Below the pieces are notes generated by a model, which was given only the letters and a program-made list of their open reading frames with translations, had not been told where the DNA came from and searched no databases. A DNA stretch of 64,000 bases from Amphiscolops sp. MND2022 (taxonomy: Eukaryota). The stretch is taken from assembly GCA_964187785.1 (NCBI GenBank), contig OZ076409.1, forward strand, positions 10,294,001 through 10,358,000, written 5' to 3'. Positions 25,045 through 38,400 of the stretch are shown here, one piece after another (within the stretch, counting starts at the first letter, position 1; the number at the start of each line of letters is the position of its first letter). A program made the position numbers and the translations under genes.

Positions 25045-25407
25045 GGGGGATCAATGGCGTAGTGGTTAGAGCATTCGGTTTGTACTGGGCGGTAGCAGGT
25101 TCGAATCTCTTTCAACTCACCATTGTTGGTCCTTAAGCAAGTCTTTTATCCCTAGCTCAGTGGTATGGTCAATGACAAAAAATAACTCATTTGGCGGAAA
25201 AAAGCAAAACAAAAAGAGCAACGGTGAGCAGTCAGACCTTTGTGACCTTGAGCGAGTCACTTTGAAATCACAGCTTCAAGTCCACCATTGCTTGGCCACT
25301 TGGCTGCAAATATGGTGCCATAGCTTGCTATGGGAAGATAGTATCCAAAAGGGCACCGACTTAGAAAAGCAGAACTTCCACCCCGCGGTAATGGGGAAAC
25401 TATTTAC
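25045..25407 (+). mobile_element. tRNA-derived SINE
   Basis: A box TGGCGTAGTGG and B box GGTTCGAATC, followed by CORE-like motifs gtccttaagcaagtc and gtgaccttgagcgagtcactt. The 3' end is approximate. Confidence 0.6.
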
Positions 25408-25951
25408 TCCTCCTCCTAACAACCACAAAATGAAAAGTAACAGAACGCGTAACATAAGCAGAGCGTCGACCCTCCGGCAGCAAACAAATCAACCGATTTT
25501 CAGGTAAGTTTATGAACCAGATCTCAACATCGGGAACGAACGTTGAAAATCTTTGCAAGTTCCTGAGGATAACTTAACTCGGGAAAAACCTAATTGCAAT
25601 GCCTATCTTTTTATCTTTAAAATGTTTAAACTTACTCGTTGGGGTGATAAATAACTATGGTCGCTTTTCCAGAGATCAAAAACCTGTGATGTGTTTCTAC
25701 AAAAACCAGGCATTGTGTTTTTTTAACCAAGGAATGTATTTATAGGAGCGGCATTGCGAGAGTTTTATTTCGATTTTTGACGCAAAAACTCAAAATTCTT
25801 TACATTCAATCCTCCTTTGTATGCCATGTATGTACCAGTTTAAAATACAATTTGTTCCAAGATACCCCACCTTCAGTTACATGGTCCGAATTTAGCGGGA
25901 AAGCGTGCGAAAGCTCTAGAAAACTAATGCTCTCCTATGACGTCTAGTTAT

Positions 25952-26676
25952 TGTAACGGCATCCTGTGATCAACGACGATTTTCGAAAGTTTCAAGATTT
26001 GCTGAAAAATTCAGGGATGACGTGGCACTCGAACATGGTTTTTATTCGAATTACCTGCCCAGAGAAGCATTGAAAGCTGGAAGAGCAGACCCCGCGAAGC
26101 GGAGAGAACCGAAAAAGCGTAAGATGGACCTGTGAAACGGTCCGAGAGCCTAGCCTATGCGCTAAACTTCGAAAAAACCCACGGTGACAAGATGAAAACG
26201 TGTTGTGCCAGACAACCCATATGTTGAGATCATTGCCATTCCCGGACCCATGGATGTGATCAGCCCAAGAACCGCCGGTGCTATGCCACCTAGACTCAAC
26301 TGCTCGCCAAACACTGGATTTAACTCTTTTATGAGGCTGTTTTAATGATTTGTTTGATTAATTTGTTATTCGAGAGCTTTTGATGCTATTTACGATTCTG
26401 GACGATTCAATTGAGTTCTATGCAACTAGCCCCGTTTTTATAGGCTGTTTAGACGGTGGTTGTGAAGAGAAAAAGCATAAAGCCCGTTATTCTCAGCAGT
26501 TAAAGACTGGAACAGGTCAGAGAGCATCCCTTAGGACGGTTGCCCCTGCTCGGGACCGGCTACCCACAGGAGGACAAAGTGAGCTGGTGCTATGGTGGTT
26601 TGTCCCGGACCATATCCATAGTGTCAGTTCCTCTACTCCAATGTTTCGTCCCAAACGCTTAGCGCTTGCCGATACA
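25952..26676 (+). repeat. 5' LTR (725 bp)
   Basis: Termini TGTAACGGCA..TGCCGATACA (10-bp inverted repeat, one mismatch). Matches 44146-44850 with about 14 differences counted by eye. Confidence 0.92.
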
Positions 26677-26691
26677 TGGAACTTCATTTTT

Positions 26692-26708
26692 TGGCGACCA
26701 CAGAGGGA
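26692..26708 (+). promoter_or_regulatory. Primer binding site, tRNA-Arg-like
   Basis: TGGCGACCACAGAGGGA versus the tRNA-Arg-type PBS TGGCGACCACGAAGGGA (2 mismatches). Confidence 0.7.
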
Positions 26709-29475
26709 TCGTCTATGGAAAGCTTTCCTGCATGGTTATTAAAATTTCTGACCCTCTGGTGTTTAGCGCCAAGACCGTTTCGACTCTGTGGGAGAAGCCA
26801 GAGTTTTCCTTTACTTTAACGTTTATGCGTATTCCTAGCAGCTGGAACGAAAAAAGCCCAGAAAAACCCGAGAAAGATGCGTTTTCAGGTGTGAAAATAG
26901 CATTTTTCAGGTTGAAAAACCCGTAAATGCATGTTGTGTGATGTCATGTTGTTAGCCCATCAACGGGTACATGTTTTGCAGGTTATGGCTACCGTAGCAC
27001 GTGGCTACGGGTGGTTAACCGGTTTATCTAGCCTTTTTCAGCTTTTTGAGCTATGCAAGACAGGTACCGACGGAGGAAAATCCATACTCCACCCGAGCGA
27101 CGGGGAGGTGAAATTGAGTGCTATGGTTCGCCGTAACCCCTTTCTCGTGGAGACGTCCGTTATAGGTGAGATTTGGTGGACAGCTAGTACAACTCCTGAC
27201 GAAGCTAACTGGTCTCCCGCAAGTCTCTAACTGGTCTGGATGTGGAGAAATTGCGTGGCGAAGGTACACGCCCTTGGACCAGATGTGTCGTTCAGATGGG
27301 TCATGGTCCCTGAAAATTTTAAAATTGCGTCTTTTTTCATAGGGAATCATTGGTACAGAACAATCACACTTTTTGACGATGTAACGACACCCTATGGAAC
27401 GCTTTTGAGCAAAGAAAACAGAGTTTTTCCAAAAAACAGCGAAAATTCGTGTTTTTGAGTGTTTTCTTTGGTTGGAGCACGAGTGCTCCGTAAGTCCAAC
27501 GTAGCTCTGCCAGAATGATGGCAAAAGCTGCCTCAAAGCCTGAGGGAGCAGAAAAAACAACGGGCAAGCGTTCCCGTTGCCCCTTTCAGGTGAAAAAGTT
27601 GGAATTTCCAGTGAAAAGGTGCGAAAAGTGAGAAAAAGGGTAAAGAACACCCTAAAAACACCACAATGACTAGGTGTAGAAGCCTGGGGTACCGCCATAA
27701 AGTGGTTTCTCGAGCGAGTCACAACCCTGGGGTACCGGAAATAACTTTCAGTAACTGTTTGGCTGGTATAGAAGCAGCAAGAAAGTGAAAATCTTGCAAT
27801 ATTGTCCGTCTTTGGGGAAGTTGGACATAGCGTGAAAAATTCATTGAACTCAAACCTTAATTATTTCCGCGAGCCTAAGCGCTCTCATTTTCTGTTTGTA
27901 CAATAAAAACAACGCATTGTGGTGAAAACCGCGTGCAAAAATTCCTTTTCAGTGTCGAGAAAAGTTGAAAAACCTTGACTTTTAGTTAGTTTCAGGAAAG
28001 TCTGAGTACACAGTTAAAACCCCCAGGGCACTCCGTCTTTTTGAGCCTATGCGCCCTCATTTCCTGTTTGTCTATAAAAAATAACGTGTAGTGGTGAAAA
28101 CCGCATGTAAAAACTCCCATTCAGTGCTGAGAAAAGTGGAAAAACGCACTAAATTTGGCCGAACTCCCACAAAATCGGACTGTCCAATTGTTAGGGTCGG
28201 GTCAATAATTCCCGAACCCTAGGTAAAAACCGGTGGCATTTTCGTAACCACTGCCAAAATAAATGCTAGTGCAGAAATTTTGGTGGCCCTAGCGCTAACC
28301 AAAGTCGAGAAAAATCCTCCGACGTTTTGACCTCAGACAGCACCGACATAACCAAAAAAAGCCAAAACTGTAGGACCGACAGCGTCTTATACCTAACGGG
28401 CACGGCCAATTGAAGGGCTTGTGACAGTGCTGTGATTAGTGGGGCAACACGTTGACCCTACTTTGCTTGCCGTAACATTTCTAGTGTCGACCCTCTTAGC
28501 CGATTTGTGAGAATAGTGTCAAAAAGAGGACCGCTTTCTCTAAGAGCGTGTCGGTACTCAGCCGAAGTCCCAAATAAGCCAAGGCGTTTCAATTGGACTA
28601 TCAAACCAGCATAGTGACTGCCCACTGGCAACGCGTACCAAGTTTTGTGTCGATTAGTACAATAGTGATCGAGAAATAGACGGAAACGTACTGTACAAAA
28701 ACGGGTAGAAAAAGGCAGTTTTTTCAAATTTTTTTTCGAAAGACCCGGATGCCTTAGTCGGAGAGTGAGAACAAATTGACGCTCACTGACGTAACTGGTA
28801 CCAGTTGGCACACCGCTAGCGGAAAAACCAGACCGCTGACAATTGCCAGTGTCTAGAAGTTGTGTGATAAGAGTGCATTTTGACCCCTATTGGTATACAA
28901 GAGTACCGCACGTCTGTACCCAGGGGAAAGTGTGCACAAGTCAAGGAACCCAAATCGGCGTTTACCATCGTGTACCTACATGTGTGTACAATCCCCTGGC
29001 CAAATTTGAGCCAGATCCAACTGCTGAGTGACGAATACGAGCCACTTGTGTTTTTTTGCGTAATCTGAGAAAATAGCGAAAGTGTTGTAAACGTTCCGCA
29101 CTGGTCTCCACACACACCTAATGTAAATCCAGGCTCTCTTTCGGAGTTTGTGGGTAAATACCTACTGCGTGTGCAAATTTGAGCTTGATACTACCGTTGG
29201 AAGTGTTTTCGACCTTCCCGAAACGTGCTAAGGTCGAAAATATCTTAAGTCCTCACCGGAACGACTGGAGGTCGCATTTCCCCTGGGAACCCCTGAGGGC
29301 AGATTGCGGGAACCGTAAGGATCTCCCGAGTTCCCGGAACTCCTGTTACGGAAGGTGACCCTTGCAGGGGTGTTGCGGACACGACTTCGCGTGACCACAT
29401 AGCCTATAGGTTGTCGGATTGGACGTCATCGGTACGTTGATTCAAATCACTGCGCGGTCGTCCGATTGATACATC

Positions 29476-32400
29476 ATGTTCTGGACCGGTGTAGCGGCCA
29501 TTGTCAAGCTGCTCACGCGCGGGATGCCGAGAACTAGCGAGTCCAGCACCAGCAATGCAGTAGACACCGATGATGCGCAAGAAACGAGGTCGATCCAACG
29601 AGAGGACTCTAGCACTACTGGCGAACTGAGCCTAACGGCATGGTCCTCTGTGGATTCCTTAGTAACCGGTTCTTCCTTTTCAGAAGCAATGAGTGATTGT
29701 GTAACTGCCGATCAGCAGTGACGAGAGGAGCAGAATGCCATGACTCTCAATCGTGGGGATTCGTCCGTATCCAATGAGCTTATCCGAACGGGACAGTGGA
29801 TCCAAGACAATCGGGGTGAATTGGTATCGCCTCAAACCGCGAGGTTCTGGCCCAACTCAAATCAAACGACAGCGCAGGTGACGCCTACGCGTGATGGGTG
29901 CTTTAGGGCACCCCGAGACGATGATAGCACAGCCAGTGTCGACACTGCGGCGGTCTTGGAGAATATGACCTACGTTGGTGGCATGAACTATGCTAAATAC
30001 CGCCTCGAGGCAAGCCGAGCCAAAAGCGCTGGCAAACAGAAGAAGACACGCCCTCCCACATTGTGTGTGCAAGAAGAATTGGCCGTGACAGTGCCTCTTG
30101 TTGTCGCGATGGCACCACGTCGAGCACCTCTTCGCGACGTTCCTCGGCGTACAGAGCCGTTGAGGAGGCGGCAGCAGCAAGGACCGCGATGCTCAAGGCG
30201 GAAGCTGAAGCCCAGCGGGCCTTGACACGTTTAGCCGACACCCGCGCTGAGTGCAATGAACAACACCAAGCTATCACTGCGGAACTGGAGGCTATGCAGA
30301 CCTCGGTAAAGGAAAGCTTGAGGCCTGCCACCCAACAGACAACAGTGCAAGCAGCCAAGGTCGACGCCTTGGGGTATCGTCTGGAAGAGATGAAAGACAT
30401 GCTCATCCAACGCGAACTGCGCATGGAAGTCCAGATGGTGGAGCTTAACAACCAGATGCATACCCTGAGCGCTGCGTCCCGCACAGCGGCACCTGCAGAT
30501 AAGCAACCCAAGGCCGCCGAACCCATCGCATCCACCAGCAAGACAGTGCCTATGCGCACTCCTAATCAGCCGATCACGTTGAAGATGAGCCCCAAGTCTG
30601 AACCCAGAGTATCCAAACCGCCACCGACAGGCAAGAAGACCAACAAAGTGCTTGTGTGCGCACCCAACCCACTTAGTAGCGTGTCGCTACCGCCGGCACC
30701 AACATTTACTCGCACCCAAAATCGAGCAGTAGATCCCATGACGACTACCTCATCAACCGTCGATCTAACTGACACCAATGCAATAGCTGGCTCACGCGAT
30801 AGCAGCGCCGAAGACGAGGTCTACACCACTGCCAGAAGCGGAACCGCAGGTATCACCTCAATGTTCCTCACTGCGAGTGAGGGAGACCCCACTGGTGACC
30901 CTTGCGCCAGTAGCACTCGTAAGAGGGACGACGTAAATGGTGAACTGTCTATGCAAGCCACCAGGGAAAGTCGAGACAATTCTCCCGCCCCTAGTGAGAA
31001 AGGAGAAGTGGTCTCCCAAGAGCAGTAACTGTTCACTGCGGCAATTTCCAAAGCCATGTCCAAAAAGTTAGCCCCATCGCTGGCCGGGCGTGACCCGACG
31101 CAGGCCAGGCCCAGTGTCTACCGAGGTTCAAAGGAGGGTTCCATTGATGATCCTAGTTATACGTCGCTACCTCCAACGCACTCAGGCCAAAGCCACCCCC
31201 GATGACAAAGCATGGAGAATCATTGGGCACCTAGAAGGTGAAGCCAGAAACTACATCATCAACAAGGCCGAGTCTGAAAGAGACACCCCGGGAAAGGTCT
31301 TCGACTTGTTAGCTAGTCGATTCGGAACGGGAGGTAATCGCATGCAAGTGCGTCAGGCCTTCGCAACGCGACAGCAATCCGACAGGGAAGACTGGATGCA
31401 GTATTTAGATGCATTGGATGGGCTGCGAAGCCAAGGCTTCCCTGGTGAGTCCGTCACAACTAAACGTTATGAAATCTTGCAGCGCTTTATCGAAAACGTT
31501 CGTGACCCAGCCTTGCAGAGGGACTTCTCCATTATCTATGCGTCCGAATCCACGGTCACCGAGCCTCCCACTGTTGAATCATTGCGATTTACAACACGGC
31601 AACTGCAACGTACTCGACAAAGGTCGGCGCCTTATAACCCTCGATACGCCATGAGGTCAAGGCCTCATCCTTTCGCACCACTACCCCCCAACAAGACGTT
31701 GCTACCTCAAGGGGTGATGCCTCCCCCACCTGCGAGCAATGCCCCGCTAAACCAAGCAGCAGCACAACCTGCCGTGCGTTTACCCTTGGGTGCTTGCTTT
31801 AATTGTGGCCAAACTGGACACTCTGCTCGAGACTGCCCCAATCGCGACGAAGCTCGTAAACCACCGGCTGCCCCCGAGCCTGAAGGCGTGAAAGTCACTG
31901 CCGAAGATGTGGCTGATGGTATTCTGGAAGGCTGTCCCGGAATTCGTCAATGCAGCAACTGTGGAATTTTCGATCATGCAGATATGCAATGCGGTGAGCA
32001 CTCTAACTCTCCGAAACCAAGTGACGAATTCGCCTACAACCGATGGGCCGAGGTCGAGTCCGGTGGCGTTGCTGCGCACACAGTACCCCTAGAGGATGAT
32101 CGCGTATTAATGCTACATCCGGCGGAACCGCCAACATTCTACACCCCGCTAACAACTACTTGCGGTGCCAAGCAAGTCCAAACCTGCTGAGAGCCTACCA
32201 CGTTCGACCCACAAGGACGGACGTTGATCTCTATTCACCTGATGTTAGCCGCCGAACAACTGCGGAGGCCAACGTTAACCCTGGCGAAGCTCTGGGTTGA
32301 ACTATCCCTCCTCTATAGACGAGTTGAGTTGCCCCGTCCCAAAGAGTGGTACGCCCCTGGAGATTCTGAAACCCTGACGACGTATTCCCCAGTGCCAATC

Positions 32401-35400
32401 TGTGCCACCATGGACGGTGTGGACGTAAAGTTTGAAGCCTGTGTGGTGGTGGATGTGTTCCCACCTGGCATATGTCTGGGTCCCCAAGAACTGAAATGCT
32501 ACAATATCAACCACCAGGAATCCACTGGTGAGGCGCGTATAGACGAACGTGCGTCACTTGTTGTTTCTTTCGTAGTGCCCCATGCGGCACCTATCCCACT
32601 ACGTGGACTGGTGGACACCGGTTCAGGCGTATCGATATTGACATTCTCCGCCTTCAGTTGAGTGGCTGCTCGGACCGGCACTGTCCTAAAGCCCTATCAA
32701 ATCGACTTGTACGCTGCTAACGGAAAAACAATAAAGACCTTTGGACTTGCCGAGCAGATTCGTTTTCAATTAGGAGGGTACGAACTTGAAACCAACTTTG
32801 TCGTGGTGGACGATGCAATGGGTGTGGAGGACTTTCTGCTAGGCCGGAACTTCCTCCGTTCCTATCAGGTCCTGGTAGATCTCACGTCCATGAAGATTGT
32901 TGTGCGAGCGCCCGTGAAGCCCGTTTGGCATCATGCACACGCCCAGGAAGGTGATACTTCGTTAGCCACCCCGGTTGCCTTGGACAGCAATCTAGTCCTA
33001 CAGCCTTTCGAGCGCACAGTGGTTAAAGCCAAGCTCATCACTGACACGCTTGAACCATTGATCTTTCAAAGTGTAGCCTTGAACGCAGCCATTGCTGACG
33101 CATCGTTGCACAATGTTGTGTTTTTAGAGGACATCGTCGCCACTGTCAGCGAGTCAGGCTTGGTGTTCGTCAACCTGATGAATCTAACAAGTAACCCTCA
33201 ACGAGTGCGGAAGGGAAATCGACTTGGCCATGTAGTACCTGTCTCCTTGGTCTACCAGGCCATCCCCCAGCAAACGCCAGACAACCCCGAAACTGAGGTC
33301 AATAACGACCATCTCTCGTTTGCAAATAGAGTTTATGAGCAAATGAACTAAAGTACTGATTGTCAATTAACCTCTTCGTCCGAATTTGAATTTTTGACTT
33401 CAACTGAGCCAACCGAAGCAGGTCTCTCGGATCGTGAGATACGCAAGCGGACGGACCCGGAGCTCATGGCTCCCATACCGGGACCTGAGTCACAGCTTAA
33501 GGATTTCCAGGACCTCTGGAGCCCAGCGGCTTGTACAGCGCTTGAGAACATTCTTACAGAGTTTGATGATCTGTTCATGAACCACAAAGCTGACATTGGT
33601 CGATGTACCATAGCTAAGCATCCAGTGGAGGTGGAACTAGGCGCCATACCTCTCCGCGAGGGTGCAAGGCGCATGTCTCCTGAAAAAGCCAAACGGGCTA
33701 ATGAGGAAGTGCGCAACTTGCTTGTATTGGGAATGATCCAACCTTCCCTGTCCCCTTGGGCAAGCGGAATTGTGTTGGTGAAGAAAAAGAACGGCGAGTT
33801 ACACTTCTGCTGTGACTTCCGCCCCCTGAATGAGGTCACTGTAAAGGATGCGTATCCATTGCCTCGCATCGATGAAAGCCTAGCTAGGCTGGGCAAAGCT
33901 AAAATCTATACTAGCATAGATCTAACTTGGGCATTTTGGCAAATTCCGGTTCGGAAAGATGACTGCCAAAAAACCGCCTCTGCCTGTGAGTTAGGATTGT
34001 TCCAGTGGAGACGCATGCCCTTTGGCATGTGCAATGCCTCTGCCACCTTCCAAAGAGCAATAACACGAGCACTACGCAACATTGTGAATCGTGAAGGTAG
34101 CATGGTTATGGCCTACATAGATGATATAGTCATCGCCACGGAAACCGTGGAAGACCACATGATACGTCTCCGTGAGGTGTTCAATTGCTTGCGCGAGGCT
34201 GGCTTCAAGATGCGAGTTGCTAAGTGCGATTTCATGAAGTCCGAAATCAAGTACCTCGGTCGTGTAGTGTCCGCGGAAGGGATAAAGCCCGACCCCAAGG
34301 CCGTTGCAAAGCTCCGCGACTGGGAAGTTCCGCGTAACAAGACAGAAATGCAACGCTTCCTAGGCTTTGCCAATTATTACCGCGAATTCATTCCCTGGCA
34401 TGCCAAACTGGTGGCCCCCTTGCATGCCATCACTGGACTCAACGCTACCTTTGCTTGGGGATCCGAACAACAGCTTGCCTTCAATGAAATAAAAAATGCG
34501 CTCATCGATGCCACCGCGCTGGCGCAACCGGATTCCGAAGGCGAATTTGTACTGGATACCGATGCTAGTGCTGTTGCCATTTCTGGCATCCTCCACCAGT
34601 GGCAAGGCCCACCTGGAGAGCGACGTTTACGTCCAATACTCTATGATAGCAAGAAGCTCACCGCGACGCAAGCGAAATACGGAGCGCCTAAACTGGAAAT
34701 GTACGCTGCTTATCACTTCATTGTGAAGAATCACAGCTACCTTTGCCCGCGCAAGTTCACGTTGAGAGTGGACAATCAGGCCCTCTCGTGGCTCAAAACC
34801 CCGAACGCAACATCGCAATGCCGATGGATTGTCCAAACGAACAAATGATTACCCATGGAGGGAACAACAATTCGAGAGGCTGCCCCCAGTAGCAGAGCGC
34901 TGGAATTTCCTATCTCAAGAGGAATACGACCAGCTGCCCACTGCACCCTGGTTCGATCTACAAGGCCGGATTATCCCGAACCATCCTGAGCTACCTGAGC
35001 ATCTCGAAAACCTGCAGCCCACACCTCCTGATATTGTCCAACGCGTGATCCGCCGCGCACAACGTAACCGACAACGAAACCAACGGCAGAAAGCACTGGA
35101 AGCACCCTTGCCGCAACCGCCACCCCCAGTTCTTCATGCTCACGAAGACTTCTATCCCGACTATCCAGAGGACTGGATTGATGTGACTGAAGAAGCTCAT
35201 CATGATTATCTGCTGCCCACGCACATTACCAACGTACCCTCGCATACCACCTACGACCTGGCAAACACTGATGGAATGACCATGCAAAATGTCCCAGGTC
35301 ACATCAGGCAAGCCGCACTGGCTGTTCACAGTGTGGGTACCGAGCTGCACGAGCATACCCACACGGTTCATGGCATCAAGGACCTACTCCTTGCACAGAA

Positions 35401-38400
35401 TCGAGACGTGCATGTTCTTTTACTCAAAAAACTGGTGAATGGGAAAAACAACGATCAAGATATATTTCCCGAGGACGTACGTGCATTTGCCCGGAACTAT
35501 TTCAAGCAAAAGAAGGAGCTACTTTTCCTAAATTCCAACGGCGTGCTCTGTGTGAAATACCCCACTTCATGAACGCCCTTGCATGATTGTGATGCCTCAG
35601 TTATATCAACATTAAATTCTCTTCCGTGCCCTCGATGCTATGGGTCACCAAGGCATCGGCAAAGTCGTGGCACGAATACAGGAACGCCACACCTGGCCTG
35701 GCATTCGCCGCACTGTGGGCGAGTACGTGAGCCAGTGTCTCACGTGCTCGTATGTTCGAGACAAACCTGGGGACGTTCGGTTCCATCTCAAGAATATTCA
35801 ATGCGGATACTTCAATGAATTGGTCCAGTACGATCATATGAAGCTTTGCCCCACCGATGATGGAAACACGGGAATCTTAGTCATTATTGATCACTTGTCT
35901 AAATTTGCCGAGGCAGTCCCTTGTAGTCATGACGAGTATGACGCAATTACCACCTCGCGATTGCTCTTGCAAAAATGGTTTGCCCGTCATAGCACCCCTA
36001 CCCGGATGCAATCGGACAATGCTCCGAATTTAACAGCGGAAGTCTCTAATGAATTTATGAAAGCCTCACAGGTCACGAAGGTGACCTCCACTGCTGGTCA
36101 CCCCCGCACACAAGGTCTAGTAGAACGCCAGAATCGCACGCTACTCACTTTGTTGCGTGTTTTCTGCTCGCGACGAATGCGCGATTGGGATCGTCACTTG
36201 GACGAGGTCCTACGTGCGTATAACTCCACACGTCACGCAACCACAGGGTTCTCACCTTACATGTTCACCAGGGGCACAGAAAAAGCGATACCCCTTACGT
36301 ACCTGTATCCCGAGTTTGCCTCACGGTCCTTCCCCACACATGACGCTTACGTGGATCATGTACTAGCACGTCTCCAAGAGATCCACGACCTGGTGCGTAG
36401 AAACACGCACCAAGCTCAGCTGCGGCAAAAATTAAAGTACGACCGCGCAATACAGGCCAAAGCCTAAAAACCTGGCGACTTGGTCTGGGTCTTTTGTCGA
36501 TACGTTCCTCAAAAAGGTTCACCGAAACTGATGCGAGCTTGGCGTGGCCCGCATCGCATTTTTCATACTCTGCAGGATGGGCGTGTATACATCCTGGACA
36601 CAGGACAAAAGGTCCACTTTGAACGTTTGAAACCTCATAATAGTGGCCCCGTGGAATTCGCCGCCACCCCATTAGATACCGGTGACATCGCCGTGGTAAT
36701 GGATCCTGAGCCCGAGCGCTCCATAGAACCTATTGATGATGATTGCTCCAAGCCCTCCTATCACTCTGAACAATTACTTTAAGAGGCCTCGGATGTGTCG
36801 CTACCCTCTAGGCAACGCCATTGGATGGACACTAGATTGCGCACAAAGCTGCGCGCGGGAAGATCCCGGCAGCATTATCAACAGTTCGATTATTCCACGT
36901 CTGAGACCGACGATGAAACGTCGGACGCGATGCTCCTCATTCCTACCCATTCCCTACAACTGGTCCAGACACAACCTGCAGACATCGAAGCCCCCGCCGT
37001 GCCTGCTATTTCGTCAGACACATCTATGTTCGACTGCCTTCCGCAGTTATTCTCCGATCATGAGCATAGGCGCTCACCCTCACCACAGTTATCACCGTCA
37101 GATGATCCACCGGAGCTATCCCCATCGGGTACCTCTGCTCCGCTGCTGACGCATCCTTCCTTTACCGACTACCTCAGTAATTACCCACTTTGGCCCAATC
37201 ACGCCAAAGATACCAGCGCCCCCACTTCTCGTCCGCCTACACCCCAGCGGACCAAGCCCCACCACCATTACCCAAACCACCCACCGCTCCTTCTGTTAAA
37301 AGGGGGAAAGGGAGACCTCGGAAAAAGACAAGGGCGACAAGGGCACCCCGTTCACGTAAACCTTCGGCAAAGGCAGCGTCCGAGGTCCACGCGCCAATTT
37401 CAGACACGCAAACGGGATCCCAACATAGATACCAATTGAGGCATAAACGGCAGCCCAGATACAAATGTGGCACCTGTGGCTTGCGCGACTGCGCATGCGT
37501 GCTAGCTGTGCACGAGAACCGGGAGGTTCCCATTGGAACCCGGGGAGTTCCCCCGGAGGGACGACACAATGCTGAACTGGTTCATCGTATCGTGGTGCGA
37601 GCGGAAAAGACCTTCATTGGATTAGAGCGAACCGAGAATTATTCAGCAGAAACCATCTTGCAGCGAATGGGCGTACCGGGCGTTGCGAAGGCACCATGTC
37701 CTCAATTTAAGGAATGGACAAATGACGGCAAAGGCCTAGAATTCACGCTGGCAATCGTGGTACCCCCAGTGCCCCCTAACGTCGTGTTTGGTCCGTTCAA
37801 TTTTGAGCGGGAGCCAGTGCAAATGGCCAGATGCACCACTGCTGATCTACGGTTGGACCGATACGGAGGCGTGTATAGTCCAGCCCCGCACTGGTGGTTG
37901 TTGGTGACTGCACCGCGTGTAGTTGCGCTAGTGGAACCACGGCATTTGCTGCTTTGCCTGGAACGTTTGAGGACTTCCACAACGGAACACCTACTCTTGT
38001 GCTTCCACCTTATTGACTGGTATCGTGGGAAAGTAAAATTTGGCTGGTGGTTGGAGCTGATCATAACGTGCTTCACCAACTACCACCGCATTCGTCTATT
38101 GGACGAATGGATCCACACTTTTGAGGAACCCCTGCTAGTGAGAGCAGTATTGAACACGCTGGACACATGGGTCCGAGCAAGTGTGGATAACCAAGCGTTG
38201 CCGCGCTCGGTGTGGCAGGATTTAGCTGCAATACAGGGTCGCAGCGGGTCGCATCGGGTCGCACCCCACGCGTATGCTTACCCCCTGATAATGGACCGGG
38301 TCGGGAAATAGTGTATCCCGGCCGTCTACGCCCGAACATGGTGGAATACATTTCTTATGACACCACTGACTTTTTGCAAGTCGAAAGGCATGTAGCCCTG

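Noticed and set aside
25045..25120. Functional tRNA gene (also 21066-21128 and 13202-13274)
   Set aside because: Only the A and B boxes are intact; acceptor and anticodon stems do not pair properly.
26380..26742. LTR-internal ORFs (also 44574-44867 and 48887-49198) with similar peptides
   Set aside because: Explained by LTR duplication and conserved nucleotide blocks; non-ATG starts and no recognisable domain.
27051..27722. 223-aa antisense ORF in the giant element leader
   Set aside because: No domain pattern, a non-ATG start, and no second copy in the window to test conservation.
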